DNA of 64,000 bases from Gammaproteobacteria bacterium (GCA_032250735.1 JAVVEP010000009.1:32334-96333), one strand, 5' to 3'; positions 9,608-22,099 are shown, counted from the first letter of the stretch. Notes: generated by a model not told the origin, from the sequence alone. Program-made: numbers and translations.

Positions 9608-11248
9608 ATGAAAATCTGGAGCCTCAAAGGTAAAGACATACTGATCATTGATGATTTTCCTGGCATGCGCACAATGTTGAAGAACATGCTTGCCGTCTAC
9701 AATGCAAACAGTATAACCGATGCAGTCAATGGCGAAGAGGCAATAAAACTCATCTCTGAGAATCAGTATGACGTGATATTGTGTGACTACAATCTAGGGA
9801 ACGGTAAGGACGGACAGCAGGTGCTAGAGGAAGCGAAGGAAAGGGATCTTATCCCGTACTCCAGCATATACATCATGACGACGGCAGAAAATACCGCAGA
9901 GATGGTTATGGGTGCGGTGGAATACATCCCGGATGATTATCTGTCCAAGCCCTTCACCAAAGAGGTCCTTATAGCCAGGCTAAAGCGACTGGTTGAGAAA
10001 AAGGAAAATCTGAGAGAAATATCACAGGCGATACAGCAACGTGATTATCTGTCTGCCATCGATATCTGCGAAAAACTACTGGATAACAAACCAAAAAACC
10101 GGTATGAACTGCTTAAGACACAGGCGGAGTTGTATATAAAAGTAAAAGACTATGACAATGCGGAAGCCGTGGTTAACGCTGTTTTGCAAGAAAGGGAGAT
10201 ACCCTGGGCTTTGCTTTATCTTGGCCAGATACATTTCCACCGTGGAAAATATGATGAGGCGAGGTATATCTTCGAAGACCTATCAGCAGACAACCCTAAC
10301 TATCTGTTTGCACATGACTGGCTATCTATTGTCCATGAAAAGACCGGCGACCTGAAAAACTCGCAAGACGCTCTGATGAGGGCCATAGAAAAATCACCAA
10401 AGGCGATAAAGCGGCAGCAATCACTCGCGAGCATCGCCTTTAAGAATCAAGATCTGGATACCTCGGAAAAGGCCTACAAAAGAATAGTCAGAACAGGAAA
10501 ACATTCATGTTATTTTACCCCTGACGACTACTCAGGACTCGCCAGAGTATACATAAAAAAGGGCATGACCGCTGATGCCCTGAACACACTTAGCTCAATG
10601 AAAGAGTCATTCTGTCTCCCCAACTCAGATCTTAATCTCAAATATTATATACATGAGGCGGCCATACACAATGAAATGCTGAATAATGAAAAAACCGTAT
10701 CATCGCTGAATAAAATAATGGATATCTTCGAAGTGTCGCCAGGAGAAATGAACAGCAGCGATGCCATAGATATTGCGGAAATATGCTACGCCCACGGCAT
10801 GCATGATGCCGGGAATAAATTATCCTGTCATGCCATCAGGAACAACCATGATAATCAGGAGGCGATTGATGAAATCATCACGCGCCTGTCGGCATCTGGA
10901 TTGTCTATAGAAAACATTGACACGCTCATGGAAACGCGTGACGAAGTTGTCGAGCTGAATAACCGCGGCGTTAAACTCGCAACAAACGGAAACATTCAGG
11001 AGTCGATATCACTGTTCGTCAAGGCGGCGGCCGCCATGGCTGAAAATAAAGTGATAAATCTCAATGCCGCTCAGTCCCTGATAATGTTCATGAAACAGGC
11101 TGGCCCGACACATGCCCTGCTAAACGAAACCAAGAAATATCTGGACCGCGTATCATTCGATGGTAAACCCAGTGACAAATACAGGATGCTAACGAAACTC
11201 TATCGAGAACAGAAAAAATCTGCCGACAAACAGTCGAGCCAGAGCTAA
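9608..11248 (+). CDS. Response regulator with an N-terminal receiver domain and a C-terminal TPR-like repeat region
   Basis: REC motifs ILIIDDFPGM, phospho-acceptor region DVILCDYNLG, SKPF. A ~400-aa helical-repeat region follows, with no DNA-binding domain. Confidence 0.8.
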   Translation: MKIWSLKGKDILIIDDFPGMRTMLKNMLAVYNANSITDAVNGEEAIKLISENQYDVILCDYNLGNGKDGQQVLEEAKERDLIPYSSIYIMTTAENTAEMVMGAVEYIPDDYLSKPFTKEVLIARLKRLVEKKENLREISQAIQQRDYLSAIDICEKLLDNKPKNRYELLKTQAELYIKVKDYDNAEAVVNAVLQEREIPWALLYLGQIHFHRGKYDEARYIFEDLSADNPNYLFAHDWLSIVHEKTGDLKNSQDALMRAIEKSPKAIKRQQSLASIAFKNQDLDTSEKAYKRIVRTGKHSCYFTPDDYSGLARVYIKKGMTADALNTLSSMKESFCLPNSDLNLKYYIHEAAIHNEMLNNEKTVSSLNKIMDIFEVSPGEMNSSDAIDIAEICYAHGMHDAGNKLSCHAIRNNHDNQEAIDEIITRLSASGLSIENIDTLMETRDEVVELNNRGVKLATNGNIQESISLFVKAAAAMAENKVINLNAAQSLIMFMKQAGPTHALLNETKKYLDRVSFDGKPSDKYRMLTKLYREQKKSADKQSSQS

Positions 11249-11253
11249 TCGAA

Positions 11254-11946
11254 ATGCATAACACAAACGAGAGTATAGACTTTTCGACAGTGCTGGCCGG
11301 CTCCGTGCATGACATGAAAAATTCCCTGGCCATGTTGCTTGGTTCCATTTCAGAGATCACAAACCACTGCAATCCTCAATCATGTCCGATGTATGACACA
11401 TTCAATCGAATGCAGCATGAGGCCCAACGCGTAAATCGCGATCTGATTCTATTACTAACACTCTACAAGATGGACAAGGGGCAGTATTTTTTCAATATTG
11501 ACGAAGTCAATATGAATGAATTTCTTGAAGAGGTTATTATTGACTATAAAGACCTGTTACAGAATTACAATATAAAGATATCGCTTGAATGCGACCCTGA
11601 TTTGGTTGGATATCTTGACCGCAACCTTGTCTCCAGCATTATAAAAACCATTATTAGCAATGCCTATCAATACACAACAGACAGTATCGTAATCAATGTC
11701 ACCAGCGACGACGGCTATACGAAAATTTCGGTGATCGATAACGGATGCGGCTACCCGGAGCAAATGCTGATCGATGGAACGCCAGATTCAAATACGGTCA
11801 ATTTTGAAACCGGCAGCACAGGACTGGGGCTGTATTTCTCCTCACGCGTTGCAAATCTGCACAAAAGCAAGACGAGAAAAGGTTATATCCGAATCAGCAA
11901 TAAAACCAATCCACAGGGCGGCTGTTTTAGCATTTATCTCCCGTAA
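11254..11946 (+). CDS. Soluble histidine kinase (HisKA plus HATPase_c, no sensor or TM)
   Basis: H-box SVHDMKNSLAML, N-box ISNAYQYT, G1 DNGCGYP, G2 GSTGLGLYF. 6-nt spacing from the REC-TPR gene. Confidence 0.75.
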   Translation: MHNTNESIDFSTVLAGSVHDMKNSLAMLLGSISEITNHCNPQSCPMYDTFNRMQHEAQRVNRDLILLLTLYKMDKGQYFFNIDEVNMNEFLEEVIIDYKDLLQNYNIKISLECDPDLVGYLDRNLVSSIIKTIISNAYQYTTDSIVINVTSDDGYTKISVIDNGCGYPEQMLIDGTPDSNTVNFETGSTGLGLYFSSRVANLHKSKTRKGYIRISNKTNPQGGCFSIYLP

Positions 11947-12008
11947 TCGTTACACAAGCACATACAACACATGTTTTATCACCTTAATTAGAAGTAATCA
12001 TAAACACT

Positions 12009-14360
12009 ATGAATGATAAAAATCTGGACCTAAACACCGCCTCTACAACGCCTCTTATCATTACTGGCTTTGTAACAATGTTATTGATTATCGCCTTGAT
12101 TATCGGTTTCTGGCTTAAAAGTCTGGCTGACAACAAAGAGTCGTTAGAAGAAATGGCCTCTGAATCCATTGAGGTGCGCACGATATCCCGGCTTATCTTT
12201 TCAGTTCATCAACAGATCGTCACCCTTGGCGATCTCTCCGCTGCGCCATCATCAGAGGCGAAAGAGGATTCATTCAGACAATATTTAAATAACCGGGATA
12301 TCATGCATGGCCTACGCCAGGACATCTCCAACTCACCAATGGAAGACAAGGAACTTACAATATGGCATCATACCAATAGCCTATTGGAAAGCCTGGAAGA
12401 ATCCGAGAATCGGGCGATCACCCTGAAAAATAGCGGAGACCAGGATGCCGCATATAAATTATTGATCAATAATGTCTCTGATGAACAGCATCAATCCATC
12501 ACCCAACTACCCGGCTTACTGAATAAATTACTCACCACATCTCGTGATGAGATAACCAACATTATCGCGACGTCTGACAGGAAAAACAAAACAACTTATA
12601 TTCTTGTCATATTTCTCAGTTTCGCCGCCGTATCTCTCGGCATATTCACTATTTTCGTGGTAAAAAAGACCAGTTCCAGAGAGACTCAGTTAGTCGATCA
12701 AGGAAAACGCATCCAGCTTTTGTACGAGGCCACATCCAACTCAGGCCTTAGCCTGGATGACCGCATCACCGAAACATTGAAACTCGGCTGTCGTGTACTG
12801 GGTATGGAAATCGGTAAACTCGGCTGCCAGGATCCCGAAAACAATAAATCCACCTTCCTGAACACTATCGCACCACCTGAATTGCCCGCGAAAAGGGGAT
12901 TGGTACTTCCGCTTGATAAGACATTTTGCAATATCACCTTCTCTACCGATGGCCCAATTGCTATCCACCATGTAAGCACTTCATCCTATAAGGATCACCC
13001 CGCCGCCGAGTTTCTGGGTATGGAGGCCTACATTGGCACTACCATCTACGTGCACGACAAAAAATTTGGCACCGTCAATTTCTCGAATCGAAAACCCATG
13101 TCAAAATCCTTCACTCGGGCGGATATTGATTTTGTTAATCTGCTGGGTAAATGGATAAGCGTCACCATGGAGCAAATCATTATCCAGGAAGAGCTCCAAA
13201 AATCGAAAGAAGCGGCAGAATCGTCGAATCAGGCCAAAACCACATTCCTGGCGAATATGAGCCATGAAATCAGAACGCCGCTGACGGCCATCCTGGGTTA
13301 CTCAGAAATGCTTCTCGATGAGGGCCAATCACAGGAAGACATGGAACATGAAATAAAATCCATTATCGCCAGCGGTTCGCATTTACAAAAGATCATCAAT
13401 GATATCCTTGACTTGTCCAAGATCGAGGCCGGCCAGCTTATTATTGAAGATAAGATGATATCCCCCGTGACGTTTGCCAATGAATTGAGCACGATAATCG
13501 CCACACGCGCTCATGACAAGGGGCTCGCATTCAATATCGAATACCACTTTCCTCTGCCAAAATTTATCAATACCGACCCCACCAGGCTCAAGCAAATCCT
13601 CATCAACCTGTGCAGCAATGCCATAAAGTTCACCGACACGGGTCATGTTACCTTATCGCTAACGTACGTGGCTGACGTCAACCAACTGGAGATCACTGTT
13701 TCGGATTCCGGCATAGGCATCAGTGAAAAAGAGCAACTCAAATTATTCAAACCCTTTTCACAGGCAGACGAATCCACTACCCGCATCTACGGCGGAACAG
13801 GCCTGGGACTCTGTATCTCGAAGCAGCTGGCGACGCGATTGGGCGGCGATATCTCTATCAACAGCACCAAGGGTCAAGGCAGTCAATTCATCACCCTTAT
13901 TGATATTGGCATTGATGCAGATGACATCGAGTTTATCACTGATATCAACGCGGATGATCACACGCCGGACAACATCACGCTGGCCACTGTAGCGAAGCTA
14001 CAGGGGCACATTTTGCTGGCGGAAGATAACCTCGAGAACCAGGCGCTCATCTCAAAATACGTCACCAAACTGGGACCCACTGTCGATATTGCATCAAATG
14101 GTCAGGATGCCATCGATAAAATATTTACTCATCACTATGATTTGATCTTGATGGATATGCAAATGCCCGTCATGGATGGCCTGTCAGCAACGCGTCATCT
14201 ACGCGCAATCGGAAATACGACAGCCATTATCAGCCTGACGGCGAACGCCATGCTGGAAGACAGAAAGAAATGCCTTGAGGCTGGGGCAAATGACTATCTT
14301 TCCAAACCGATCGAGTTCAAGGAATTCTATTCCACATTGAAAAAATATCTAGCGAAATAG
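12009..14360 (+). CDS. Hybrid sensor histidine kinase (TM, GAF-like, HisKA, HATPase, C-terminal REC)
   Basis: TM helices near the N-terminus. H-box NMSHEIRTPLTAILGYSEML. N/G boxes (LINLCSNAIKFT, DSGIGI, GGTGLGLCIS). REC ILLAEDNLENQ...LMDMQMPVMDG. Confidence 0.85.
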   Translation: MNDKNLDLNTASTTPLIITGFVTMLLIIALIIGFWLKSLADNKESLEEMASESIEVRTISRLIFSVHQQIVTLGDLSAAPSSEAKEDSFRQYLNNRDIMHGLRQDISNSPMEDKELTIWHHTNSLLESLEESENRAITLKNSGDQDAAYKLLINNVSDEQHQSITQLPGLLNKLLTTSRDEITNIIATSDRKNKTTYILVIFLSFAAVSLGIFTIFVVKKTSSRETQLVDQGKRIQLLYEATSNSGLSLDDRITETLKLGCRVLGMEIGKLGCQDPENNKSTFLNTIAPPELPAKRGLVLPLDKTFCNITFSTDGPIAIHHVSTSSYKDHPAAEFLGMEAYIGTTIYVHDKKFGTVNFSNRKPMSKSFTRADIDFVNLLGKWISVTMEQIIIQEELQKSKEAAESSNQAKTTFLANMSHEIRTPLTAILGYSEMLLDEGQSQEDMEHEIKSIIASGSHLQKIINDILDLSKIEAGQLIIEDKMISPVTFANELSTIIATRAHDKGLAFNIEYHFPLPKFINTDPTRLKQILINLCSNAIKFTDTGHVTLSLTYVADVNQLEITVSDSGIGISEKEQLKLFKPFSQADESTTRIYGGTGLGLCISKQLATRLGGDISINSTKGQGSQFITLIDIGIDADDIEFITDINADDHTPDNITLATVAKLQGHILLAEDNLENQALISKYVTKLGPTVDIASNGQDAIDKIFTHHYDLILMDMQMPVMDGLSATRHLRAIGNTTAIISLTANAMLEDRKKCLEAGANDYLSKPIEFKEFYSTLKKYLAK

Positions 14361-14462
14361 ACTAGTATGGCAAGCGGAACATTCACTTGCATATTTAACG
14401 AGCTCTAGCAAAGTCACGCAATAGCTTGACCCAGCCTGGTCGAAAATACGATCATTTACCCC

Positions 14463-15602
14463 ATGCACCCGATCAACCACACACTCGCCGCAGAATTCCC
14501 TCTGCGCGATGATGTCATTTATCTCAACCATGCCGCCGTGTCTCCCTGGCCGGTACGGACAAAAAATGCGGTCGTACAATTTGCGCAAGAAAATGTCGTA
14601 CAGGGATCCAGGAATTATCTGCAGTGGCTTGATACCGAGACGCGGCTACGGCAGCATATGCGCCAGCTCATCAATGCCGGCTCCGCTGACGATATCGCGC
14701 TATTAAAAAACACCTCTGAGGCACTCTCGGTTGTGGCCTTTGGCCTGGACTGGCAGGCCGGCGAAAACATTGTCAGTTTCTCCGGTGAATTTCCGTCTAA
14801 TCGCGTGGTATGGGAAGCGCTGTCCCCCAAAGGGGTCGAGCTGCGTAAGGCTGATCTCACAGCAGACGACCCCGAGCAGGCCCTGTTTGATAGCGTGGAC
14901 AAACACACCCGCCTGATTGCGATCAGCTCGGTACAGTATGCCACGGGCCTGCAACTCGACCTCCGGCGCATTGGTGATTTCTGCCGAAAAAATAATATCC
15001 TGTTCTGTGTTGACGCCATTCAAGGCATTGGGGCGTTGCAATTTGACGTGCAGGAGATTCAGGCGGATTTCGTGATGGCGGATGGACACAAGTGGATGCT
15101 CGGACCAGAGGGTGTTGCCTTATTCTATTGCCGGCCCGAACGGCGTGAAGCCTTGACCCTGCATCAGTTTGGCTGGCATATGACGGACGCCTTCACCGCA
15201 TACGATAAAGAGCAATGGAAACCCGCGACTACGGCCCGGCGTTTTGAGTGTGGCAGCCCCAACATGCTGGGCATTCATGCCCTTGAAGCCAGCCTTTCGC
15301 TGTTATTGGAGACCGGCATGCAAACGGTGGAAGCAATGGTGACGCAGAATAGCGACTATCTATTCGAGGGAATTAAGGCATCGAAACAGCTTGAACTATT
15401 GACCGATTGTACGCCCGGGCGATATGCCGGCATTGTGACGTTTCGTCATCGTCACACCGACAATGACACACTGTTCTCGGCACTCACGGAGCAGGGGGTG
15501 ATGTGCGCGCAACGCGGTGGTGGCATACGCTTTTCACCGCATTTTTATACGCCGAGGGATAAACTGCGTCAGGCGCTAGACATTGCGGCGGCAGTGACCT
15601 GA
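14463..15602 (+). CDS. Class V aminotransferase (PLP-dependent; cysteine desulfurase / isopenicillin-N-epimerase-like)
   Basis: DVIYLNHAAVSPWP N-terminus. PLP-lysine region ADFVMADGHKWMLGPEGVALFY. Confidence 0.75.
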   Translation: MHPINHTLAAEFPLRDDVIYLNHAAVSPWPVRTKNAVVQFAQENVVQGSRNYLQWLDTETRLRQHMRQLINAGSADDIALLKNTSEALSVVAFGLDWQAGENIVSFSGEFPSNRVVWEALSPKGVELRKADLTADDPEQALFDSVDKHTRLIAISSVQYATGLQLDLRRIGDFCRKNNILFCVDAIQGIGALQFDVQEIQADFVMADGHKWMLGPEGVALFYCRPERREALTLHQFGWHMTDAFTAYDKEQWKPATTARRFECGSPNMLGIHALEASLSLLLETGMQTVEAMVTQNSDYLFEGIKASKQLELLTDCTPGRYAGIVTFRHRHTDNDTLFSALTEQGVMCAQRGGGIRFSPHFYTPRDKLRQALDIAAAVT

Positions 15603-15624
15603 TCGTATTGCGGGTATATCCGTG

Positions 15625-16443
15625 CTACGCCTGCGCACCAAAACGTTTGAAATAATTTTCCGTGGTCTTTTCTGCAATCTGCTCCCACGAGCTGTCGCGC
15701 AAGCTCGCAATACACTCTGCCACCTGGCGAACATAGGCGGGCTGATTGGGCTTTCCCCGAAAGGGCACCGGCGCAAGATAGGGTGAATCGGTCTCCACCA
15801 GCATGCGCTCGATGGGAATATTCCTGGCGACCTCCTTCAGCTCTTTGGCCGAATTAAAGGTGACAATCCCCGAGAATGAAATATCGAAATTGAGATCCAG
15901 GGCCCGCTTGGCAATGTCCCAGTTTTCCACGAAGCAGTGCATCACGCCGCCGACTTCATCGGCGCCCTCTTCCCTTAACATCCGCAGGGTGTCCTCGGTG
16001 GCATCGCGCATATGGATAATCAACGGCTTGCGTACGGCCCGCGATGCGGCGATGTGCTGACGGAAGCGTTCCCGCTGCCATTCCAGCTCACCCGCCTCGC
16101 CTTCTTCACAGCGGAAATAATCCAGCCCTGTTTCACCAATGGCCACCACCTCGGGCTCCGCTGCCAGGGCGATTAATTCGCCGCTGCTGGGATCATGTCC
16201 TGTCTGCGAGGTGGGGTGTACGCCGACGGAAACCGAAATCTGCGGATAGCTTTTGGCCATTTGCAACAGCGCGGGGTAGTGCTCAAGATCAATGGACACG
16301 CACAGAAAGTGCCCCACACCCTGCGCGGCGGCATGTTGCAGGGCGCCGTTTAGATCACCATTCCAGGGGGACAGATCCAGCCGGTCAAGGTGACAGTGGG
16401 AATCGACCAACGGTGTGGTTGTAATTGAAGATGGGATGGACAC
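15625..16443 (-). CDS. tatD: TatD-family metal-dependent DNase/hydrolase
   Basis: LVDSHCHLD N-terminal His motif. Conserved holB-pilZ-tatD synteny. Confidence 0.85.
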   Translation of the reverse strand: MSIPSSITTTPLVDSHCHLDRLDLSPWNGDLNGALQHAAAQGVGHFLCVSIDLEHYPALLQMAKSYPQISVSVGVHPTSQTGHDPSSGELIALAAEPEVVAIGETGLDYFRCEEGEAGELEWQRERFRQHIAASRAVRKPLIIHMRDATEDTLRMLREEGADEVGGVMHCFVENWDIAKRALDLNFDISFSGIVTFNSAKELKEVARNIPIERMLVETDSPYLAPVPFRGKPNQPAYVRQVAECIASLRDSSWEQIAEKTTENYFKRFGAQA

Positions 16444-16506
16444 AGGCGCTACCGTGATACGGACAAGGTCGCCGACACGACGACGGGGTGAGACAGACGA
16501 AAGTGG

Positions 16507-16857
16507 CTACATGGTATGCGTCTGCCGATCAGACTTCAATGCACCGGCGAGATAAGTTTCGATCTTGTTGCGCACCGCGCCATTGTCCTGGTTGCTGAAT
16601 TGCACCCCGATACCGGCGATACGCGCACCCTGGGCACCGGTCGGCGTCACCCAGACGATCTTGCCGGCCACCGGAAGCTTCTCGGTTTCTTCCATCAGGG
16701 TGAGCAGCATGAAGACTTCGTCACCCAGTTTGTATTGCTTGTTGGTGGGGATAAACAGCCCGCCGAATTTCACAAAGGGCATATAGGCCGCATACAGCGA
16801 GCTCTTGTCCTTGATCGCCAACGAAAGAATACCGCCTTGTCGAAAATCTCCGCTCAT
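16507..16857 (-). CDS. pilZ: Type IV pilus assembly protein PilZ (PA2960-type, non-c-di-GMP-binding PilZ)
   Basis: 116 aa located between holB and tatD, exactly as in Pseudomonas. PilZ-fold sequence (KFGGLFIPT...IVWVTPTG). Confidence 0.8.
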   Translation of the reverse strand: MSGDFRQGGILSLAIKDKSSLYAAYMPFVKFGGLFIPTNKQYKLGDEVFMLLTLMEETEKLPVAGKIVWVTPTGAQGARIAGIGVQFSNQDNGAVRNKIETYLAGALKSDRQTHTM

Positions 16858-16910
16858 ATTTCCCGCTCACTCCCGATATCATTTTTTCCGCCGGTCGCCC
16901 GGCATCAACG

Positions 16911-16982
16911 CCGACGGCTCTCGACTAACGCTGACGGCTCTCGATTAGCGCTGACGGCTCTCGATTAGCGCTGACGGCTCCA
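16911..16982. repeat. 20-bp tandem repeat (gctgacggctctcgattagc), about 3.6 copies, overlapping the holB stop codon
   Basis: Directly visible in the sequence. The TAA stop of holB lies inside repeat copy 3. Confidence 0.7.
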
Positions 16983-17960
16983 GCAGATCATCAGCTCGTC
17001 CATCGCCAGCTGGGGATTTAATTGTCCGCCTGCCCAGCGCGTATAGTCGGTGATCTGTTCCAGGTAGGCAAACAGCGCCTTCAGTTCCAGGCCACCGACC
17101 AGTTTTTGCAGTTGCGGCCGTAGGTCACCATTAGAAATAGCGTCCGGATCCATGCCCGACTTGAGCCGGATCAGGTCCATGGTCCAGCTGGCCAGCCACT
17201 GGGTTGCCTGGGGTATACCCAGTTCCGACCACTGTTTCGCGCAGGCCAGTGGATCCCCCTTGCCCATGCGCAGAGCGGCCCATCGCTCCATCAGCTCGCT
17301 GCGGATGGCCAGCCCGCCGCTCTCACACAGAGCCAGTGCGCCCAGGGGCGCGCCATCGCTCAGCATTAGCAGCTCCTTGAGGCCAATCGCGGGTGCCTTG
17401 CCCTCGAGGCTGGCCAGCTGTGCGGCCAGCCAGGGCTCACTGGTCTCCGCCGCCGGCCGCTGAAAGATCACCTGCTGGCAACGGCTGCGAATGGTCGGCA
17501 ACAACAGCGATGGCTGGCTGCTGATCAGGATCAGCAGGGCATCGTCACTCGGCTCCTCGAGGGTCTTCAACAGGCTATTGGCCGAAAACCGGTTCATGGC
17601 CTCGGCGGGATTGATCAGCACGACCTGGCGCCCACTGTATTGGCCCTTGAGGGCCAGAAAATCGCCCACCGCGCGAATACTATCCACCGGGATGGCCTTG
17701 CCCTTTTCTTTCGGCTCGATCTCCAGCAGGTCAGGGTGGGTACCCGCCGCCAGCAGCCCGCAACCCTGGCAGCGACCGCAGGCGCGGCCGTCATCCTGTG
17801 GCGACTGGCACATCAAGCTCTGGGTCAGCGCCTCGGCCAGTACCGCCTTGCCGTAGCCGACCGCACCGCTGAACAACAGCGCGTGCGGCAGCGTGCCGGA
17901 TCGCAGCCGACCGATGAGGTCGTCCCACAGCGACTGTTGCCAGGGTAAGGGTGCGGCCAT
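16965..17960 (-). CDS. holB: DNA polymerase III subunit delta'
   Basis: LLFSGAVGYGK P-loop-like region, Zn-finger CGRCQGCGLL, clamp-loader fold. Lies next to tmk. Confidence 0.9.
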   Translation of the reverse strand: MAAPLPWQQSLWDDLIGRLRSGTLPHALLFSGAVGYGKAVLAEALTQSLMCQSPQDDGRACGRCQGCGLLAAGTHPDLLEIEPKEKGKAIPVDSIRAVGDFLALKGQYSGRQVVLINPAEAMNRFSANSLLKTLEEPSDDALLILISSQPSLLLPTIRSRCQQVIFQRPAAETSEPWLAAQLASLEGKAPAIGLKELLMLSDGAPLGALALCESGGLAIRSELMERWAALRMGKGDPLACAKQWSELGIPQATQWLASWTMDLIRLKSGMDPDAISNGDLRPQLQKLVGGLELKALFAYLEQITDYTRWAGGQLNPQLAMDELMICWSRQR

Positions 17961-17963
17961 CTA

Positions 17964-19710
<1,747 letters not shown>

Positions 19711-19714
<4 letters not shown>

Positions 19715-20562
19715 GCGCCGACTCCGCTGTCCTGCTCCAGGGCCGCACGCAGACGACGGGTCAGCGGCCCGGGCGCATAGTCGTGTTGCTCGAACTGGCG
19801 CACCGGCCAGATGCCGATCAGGCTGTTGCAGACAAACACTTCCGTGGCCTGCTGCAGATCCGTCAGTTGCAGTTCGGTCTCGCGACAGGGAATGTCGAGC
19901 TGTCTGGCAAGCGCCAGAATGCGCTCACGGGTCACCCCCCGCACGCCACAACGGGAAAGGCTGGGGGTCAGCAAGATCGGCGGCGCGCCTGCGGGCGCCT
20001 GTACACAAAACAGATTGCTCATGGTTCCCTCAATAATATTATTATGATTATCCATCAGCAGCCCCTCGGCAATCGCGGGGTCGTCCCACTCCGCCCGCGC
20101 CAGCACCTGCTCCAGGCGATTGAGGTGCTTGATGCCGGCCAGGGCCGGATTGTCGCCGAGGCGCATCGTGCACAGCCGCAGCCGGATGCCCTGAGTCGCA
20201 TGACTGGCGGGAAATTCCGGCACGGGGAAGACCGCCAACACCCGCGTCGGCTCACCCACACCCCTGGCACCATAACCCCGCCCTCCGCTTCCTCGGGTCA
20301 CGGTGATCTTCAGCACGCCGCACTCACTGTCCCCGGACTCACCACACAGCTGCTCGGCCTCGGTACGCAGCAAGGCGAGGTCCGGCGGGGTGATGCCCAG
20401 ACGCTCACAGCCACTGACCAGGCGCGCCATGTGTCGCGGCCAGTGTTGCGGCTGTCCCTGAGCGATGCGCAGCGTCTCAAACACGCCATCGCCGTACTGG
20501 AAACCACGATCCAGCACCGAGAGTTGTTGCGTCGGATGTCCGTTGATTAATATGCCGGCCAC
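19711..20562 (-). CDS. pabC: Aminodeoxychorismate lyase (class IV aminotransferase fold)
   Basis: LDRGFQYGDGVFETL N-terminus, PLP fold IV. Adjacent to pabB and mltG. Confidence 0.85.
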
Positions 20563-20678
20563 TGGGTCTGCTCATCCTGTCGATTACGGGTCGCTGACAC
20601 GGGATCGTAGCGTCTCGTCAGAAGCGGTTAGGATAACACAAGCCGATGCCGACACCGGGGCAACCGCGGCGTGTCGCT

Positions 20679-22070
20679 TCAGCCCCGTGGCGTGTCATCG
20701 GCCAGCGCCAGCAACAGACCACGGGCCTTGGCACGGGTCTCCTCCAGCTCGTTCTGCGGCACCGAGTCGGCAACGATGCCCGCCCCCGCACGCAGCATCA
20801 GCTGTCGTCCCGACAGGGTGATGGTGCGAATCAGGATATTCAGATCCAGACGGCCGTCATGATTGAGGTAGCCCATGGAACCGGTGTAGGCCCCACGGCC
20901 CTCGGCCTCCAGCTCGGCGATAATCTCCATGCAGCGGACCTTGGGGCAACCGGTGATGGTGCCGCCGGGAAATACCGCGCGGATCACCTGCCCGGGCGTC
21001 ACGCCGGGGCGCAGACGGCCGCGCACATTGGAGACAATGTGATGCACATGGGTATAACTCTCCAACACCATCAGCTCGTTGACCTCGACACTACCGGGCA
21101 CGCAGACGCGGCCGAGATCATTGCGCTCGAGGTCAATGAGCATAATGTGCTCGGCACGCTCCTTGGGATGGGCCAGCAGCTCGTCCTGCAGGGCATGATC
21201 GTCGGCGGCATGCGCCGCCCGCGGACGGGTGCCGGCGATGGGGCGCGTCTCCACCCGCTGCCCATGAGTGACGCGCACCAAACGTTCCGGCGACGAGCTG
21301 ATCACGGCGGCATCGCCGATCACCGCCAACCCGGCAAAGGGGGCCGGATTTTGCGCACACAGCTGCTGATAGATATCCGCCGCCGTCACCTTTGCATCAC
21401 ACTCCCCCTGCCAGGCCCGCGACAGATTCACCTGAAACACATCGCCATCCACGATGTACTGCTTGATCCGCTCCACGCCCTGTAGATAACGCGATGGCGG
21501 GTCCTCGGTCAGCGCAACGTGAAGGCCTTTCAGTACCGCAGGCGGGAACGGCGTCGCCGTGCAATCCCGCTGCAGGACATCAAGCAGGTCGGCCTGATCC
21601 GCCTCGCTCAGCAGCCAGGTCTGCTGGCGCTGATGATCGATGATCACCGCCGCGGGGATGCGAGCGGCATAGGCCACCGGCAAGGCCGTCTTGGCCGCCG
21701 GCAGATCCAGACTGGGCTCGACCTGCCCGGCCAGCTCGTAGGCCAGAAACAGAAACCAGCCCCCGGTGAAGGGCAGTCCATCGGCAGGGGCTGGCGCGAC
21801 GCTGGAAGACGCATCGCGCCAACGGGCATCGAGCCGGTCGAGAAAGTCCCCGGCCGCGGAGGACGTAGCCGTGGCCAAGGCGTCCGCACGCAGGGTCTCT
21901 CCGGGGAAGGCGAACAGAATGTCGAAATGGGCATCCGCCGCGCCGTGCGCGACACTCTGCAACAGGAAGGGATAACGCTGGGGATTACGCCGATGCAGCG
22001 CGAGCAGATCAAGCGTCGCATCCAGCACCCGGATGCAGGGACTCGCGTTTGCCTGCGTTGCATGAGCCAT
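20679..22070 (-). CDS. pabB: Aminodeoxychorismate synthase component I (chorismate-binding enzyme)
   Basis: SPERLVRV, LIDLERNDLGRV, GGTITGCPKVRCMEIIAELE, GAYTGSMGY motifs. The start is trimmed to the ATG at 22070 so that it does not overlap fabF. Confidence 0.82.
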   Translation of the reverse strand: MAHATQANASPCIRVLDATLDLLALHRRNPQRYPFLLQSVAHGAADAHFDILFAFPGETLRADALATATSSAAGDFLDRLDARWRDASSSVAPAPADGLPFTGGWFLFLAYELAGQVEPSLDLPAAKTALPVAYAARIPAAVIIDHQRQQTWLLSEADQADLLDVLQRDCTATPFPPAVLKGLHVALTEDPPSRYLQGVERIKQYIVDGDVFQVNLSRAWQGECDAKVTAADIYQQLCAQNPAPFAGLAVIGDAAVISSSPERLVRVTHGQRVETRPIAGTRPRAAHAADDHALQDELLAHPKERAEHIMLIDLERNDLGRVCVPGSVEVNELMVLESYTHVHHIVSNVRGRLRPGVTPGQVIRAVFPGGTITGCPKVRCMEIIAELEAEGRGAYTGSMGYLNHDGRLDLNILIRTITLSGRQLMLRAGAGIVADSVPQNELEETRAKARGLLLALADDTPRG

Positions 22071-22099
22071 GGGCCGGCGCTGCTCGAATCGCTTGCGGG

